Made by a program: the position numbers and the translations under genes. The notes under the pieces are model-generated. The model ran no database searches, was not told the DNA's origin, and was given only the letters and a program-made list of their open reading frames with translations. Positions 33,564 to 35,669 of a stretch of DNA of 35,669 nucleotides are shown piece by piece; position 1 is the first letter of the stretch; each line of letters starts with the position of its first letter. The DNA comes from a virus (taxonomy: Duplodnaviria > Caudoviricetes): the IMG/VR virus record IMGVR_UViG_3300012667_000587, positions 1 through 35,669 of that record. One strand, written 5' to 3'.

Positions 33564-35669
33564 TGGGACTAGTTAGTAATAAGCAGCTAAGAGACGGATA
33601 CGTAGACAAGGACAATACTAACAGAATGGGGATGCTTATGCAACCCCTTTCGTTCATTCCAGACGATAAAAAAGACATGGACTGGATAGCCAGCTACATG
33701 AATTGGATAGAATATGAGGGACTCAAGCAGATTAAAAGGAATGCTAACAGGTTACTCAAAAACTACAACCTTGCTAACGGTACCATAGATCATACTGACT
33801 ATGTAAAAGCAGATGGAGAATACTCAGAGATCATATCATCTTGTATAAAAGAGGGTAGTGGTCCTAATGCCCTACGTTATTATCCATTAGCTGATACACT
33901 GTTTGAGGTACTGGTTAATGAGTTTTCTAAGAGGAACAGTAAGATAACCTTTGAGCTCAGAGATGTATATTCACAGAACGAGTTGTTTGATGCTAAGACA
34001 AAAGAGGTAGAGCTATCTCTTACCCAAGATGCTTACATTAAACAACGGCAGAAGATGGAGCAGCTAGGTTTCACAGAAGACAGTGAAGAAGGGCAGCAGC
34101 TGGTTAGTGAAGAAGCTATCAAGAGTCTACCAGAGATACAGCAGTTCTACAACACCGGATATAAAAACCAGCTGGTCCATTGGGCTATGGATCGTATGCA
34201 TAAAGACTCTGATAGATTCTCTATGCCAGAACTAGAACGACTACAGTTCAAGAACATGTTAATAGCTGACCGGGAGTTTTGGCATTTTAGGATGCTAGAA
34301 GATGACTACACAGTAGAGGCATGGAACCCACTACTAACATACTATAAGAAATCCCCTAGGAATAAATACATGTCTGATGCTATGTATGTAGGTACCACAG
34401 AGCTGTGGTCTATAGCAGAGGTAGTAGACAGTATGGGATGGATGATGTCTAGTGAGCAGCTGGCAGCACTAGATAGAATCTACCCAGCTACCGGGTTAGG
34501 GTATATACAGGACGGTGTACCTAATGACGGTGCTATGTATGACAACACAAAATCGTATGAATGGAATAGACAAGGACCAGGTGTAGCTATGAGGCAATAC
34601 ATGACTGCTAGACAGCTGTCAGGTTTTGGGGATATGTACAACGGTGATGTTGTATATAGAATACTAGGACAGTCCGAGGATATGCAAGATAACTACCGGC
34701 CATACTATGCTAGAGTATCTACTGTATATTGGAAAACACAACGAAAAGTAGGAAGACTAATCAAGATAGATGAATATGGTAATCAGTTTCAGGATATAGT
34801 AACAGAGGACTATGTAATAACAGATAAACCACTGTATGATACTACCATCATAAAGAGTAAGACAGCTGAGAATCTTATATACGGAGACCATATTGAGTGG
34901 ACATGGATGAATGAGGCTTGGGGCGGTATTAAGATAGGACCATCAGTACCTACATGGACTAGTAATACAGAACAGGGACTATTCAACCCTATATATCTTG
35001 GTATGAATGGTGGTAAACCAGGCAGACTACCATTCCAGTTTAAGGGCACTGATAATCTGTTTGGTGCCAAACTACCTGTAGAAGGTGCAGTATTCCATGA
35101 CTACAACGTTACTAGTAGATCATTCATAGATAGGTTGTATCCATGGCAGATAGGCTACAATATGATGATGAATATGATTATTGATCTCAATATAGACGAG
35201 CTAGGTAACATACTCATACTAGACCAGAATGTACTACCTAAACACTCACTAGGAGAAGAATGGGGAAACAATGCATTCTATAATGCATTAGGAATAGCTA
35301 GAGACCTTTCTGTACTACCAGTAGATACTACACGTACTAATACAGAGCAGGCTATACATCAAGGGTTTGCTCAAAAACTAGACATGAGTCAGTCTGAGAG
35401 GATATTGGCAAAGGCTAACCTTGCCAACTTCTTCAGGGCCGGAGCATTACAGTCTGTAGGATTAACACCAGAAAGAATGGGTACTCCTATAGACAGAGAG
35501 GTAACAGCTACTCAGATTAACCAAGGGGTAGCATCTTCTTTTGCACAAACAGAGCAGTATTTCATAGACCACTGTGATGGGCTTATGCCCAGGGTACATC
35601 AGATGCGTACAGAACTAGCACAGTATTATACAGCTAAAAACCCATCAGTACGTATACAGTACAGTACAG
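33563..35669 (+). CDS. portal protein, crAss-like (3' truncated; absent from ORF track)
   Basis: ATG overlaps terL stop (TAATG); MGLVSNKQLR...QPLSF..KKD.DW...KNYNLANG.ID..DY...LRYYP...VLVNEFSKR; appears open to the window end. Confidence 0.88.
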   Translation, partial: MGLVSNKQLRDGYVDKDNTNRMGMLMQPLSFIPDDKKDMDWIASYMNWIEYEGLKQIKRNANRLLKNYNLANGTIDHTDYVKADGEYSEIISSCIKEGSGPNALRYYPLADTLFEVLVNEFSKRNSKITFELRDVYSQNELFDAKTKEVELSLTQDAYIKQRQKMEQLGFTEDSEEGQQLVSEEAIKSLPEIQQFYNTGYKNQLVHWAMDRMHKDSDRFSMPELERLQFKNMLIADREFWHFRMLEDDYTVEAWNPLLTYYKKSPRNKYMSDAMYVGTTELWSIAEVVDSMGWMMSSEQLAALDRIYPATGLGYIQDGVPNDGAMYDNTKSYEWNRQGPGVAMRQYMTARQLSGFGDMYNGDVVYRILGQSEDMQDNYRPYYARVSTVYWKTQRKVGRLIKIDEYGNQFQDIVTEDYVITDKPLYDTTIIKSKTAENLIYGDHIEWTWMNEAWGGIKIGPSVPTWTSNTEQGLFNPIYLGMNGGKPGRLPFQFKGTDNLFGAKLPVEGAVFHDYNVTSRSFIDRLYPWQIGYNMMMNMIIDLNIDELGNILILDQNVLPKHSLGEEWGNNAFYNALGIARDLSVLPVDTTRTNTEQAIHQGFAQKLDMSQSERILAKANLANFFRAGALQSVGLTPERMGTPIDREVTATQINQGVASSFAQTEQYFIDHCDGLMPRVHQMRTELAQYYTAKNPSVRIQYST

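Overview
About 36 kb of an AT-rich, Bacteroidota-infecting crAss-like (Crassvirales-type) phage genome. Left arm (1-20.1 kb, minus strand): many small early/accessory genes, including RNase HI, a DUF6378-type protein, a RelA/SpoT-hydrolase-like HD protein, an AEP-like protein, a HAD phosphatase and a RepL-like initiator flanked by its probable palindromic binding sites. This arm also carries RNA elements that the ORF track misses: a tmRNA, a tRNA-like gene with a 21-nt enlarged anticodon loop, a hammerhead ribozyme with two extra hairpins in its core, and a further multi-stem RNA candidate. Transcription switches strand at a GC-rich hairpin near 20.15 kb. Right arm (plus strand): GIY-YIG homing endonuclease, DUF559-like nuclease (minus strand), HU/IHF-like protein, PD-(D/E)XK nuclease, a six-enzyme glycan cassette (GT-B, three GT-A, fucosyltransferase-like, FkbM methyltransferase), large terminase and the 5' part of the portal. 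Window-wide, the palindrome CAGCTG is massively over-represented (about 100 by hand count) while AATT is almost absent. All family calls come from recognising motifs by eye; no database search was run.
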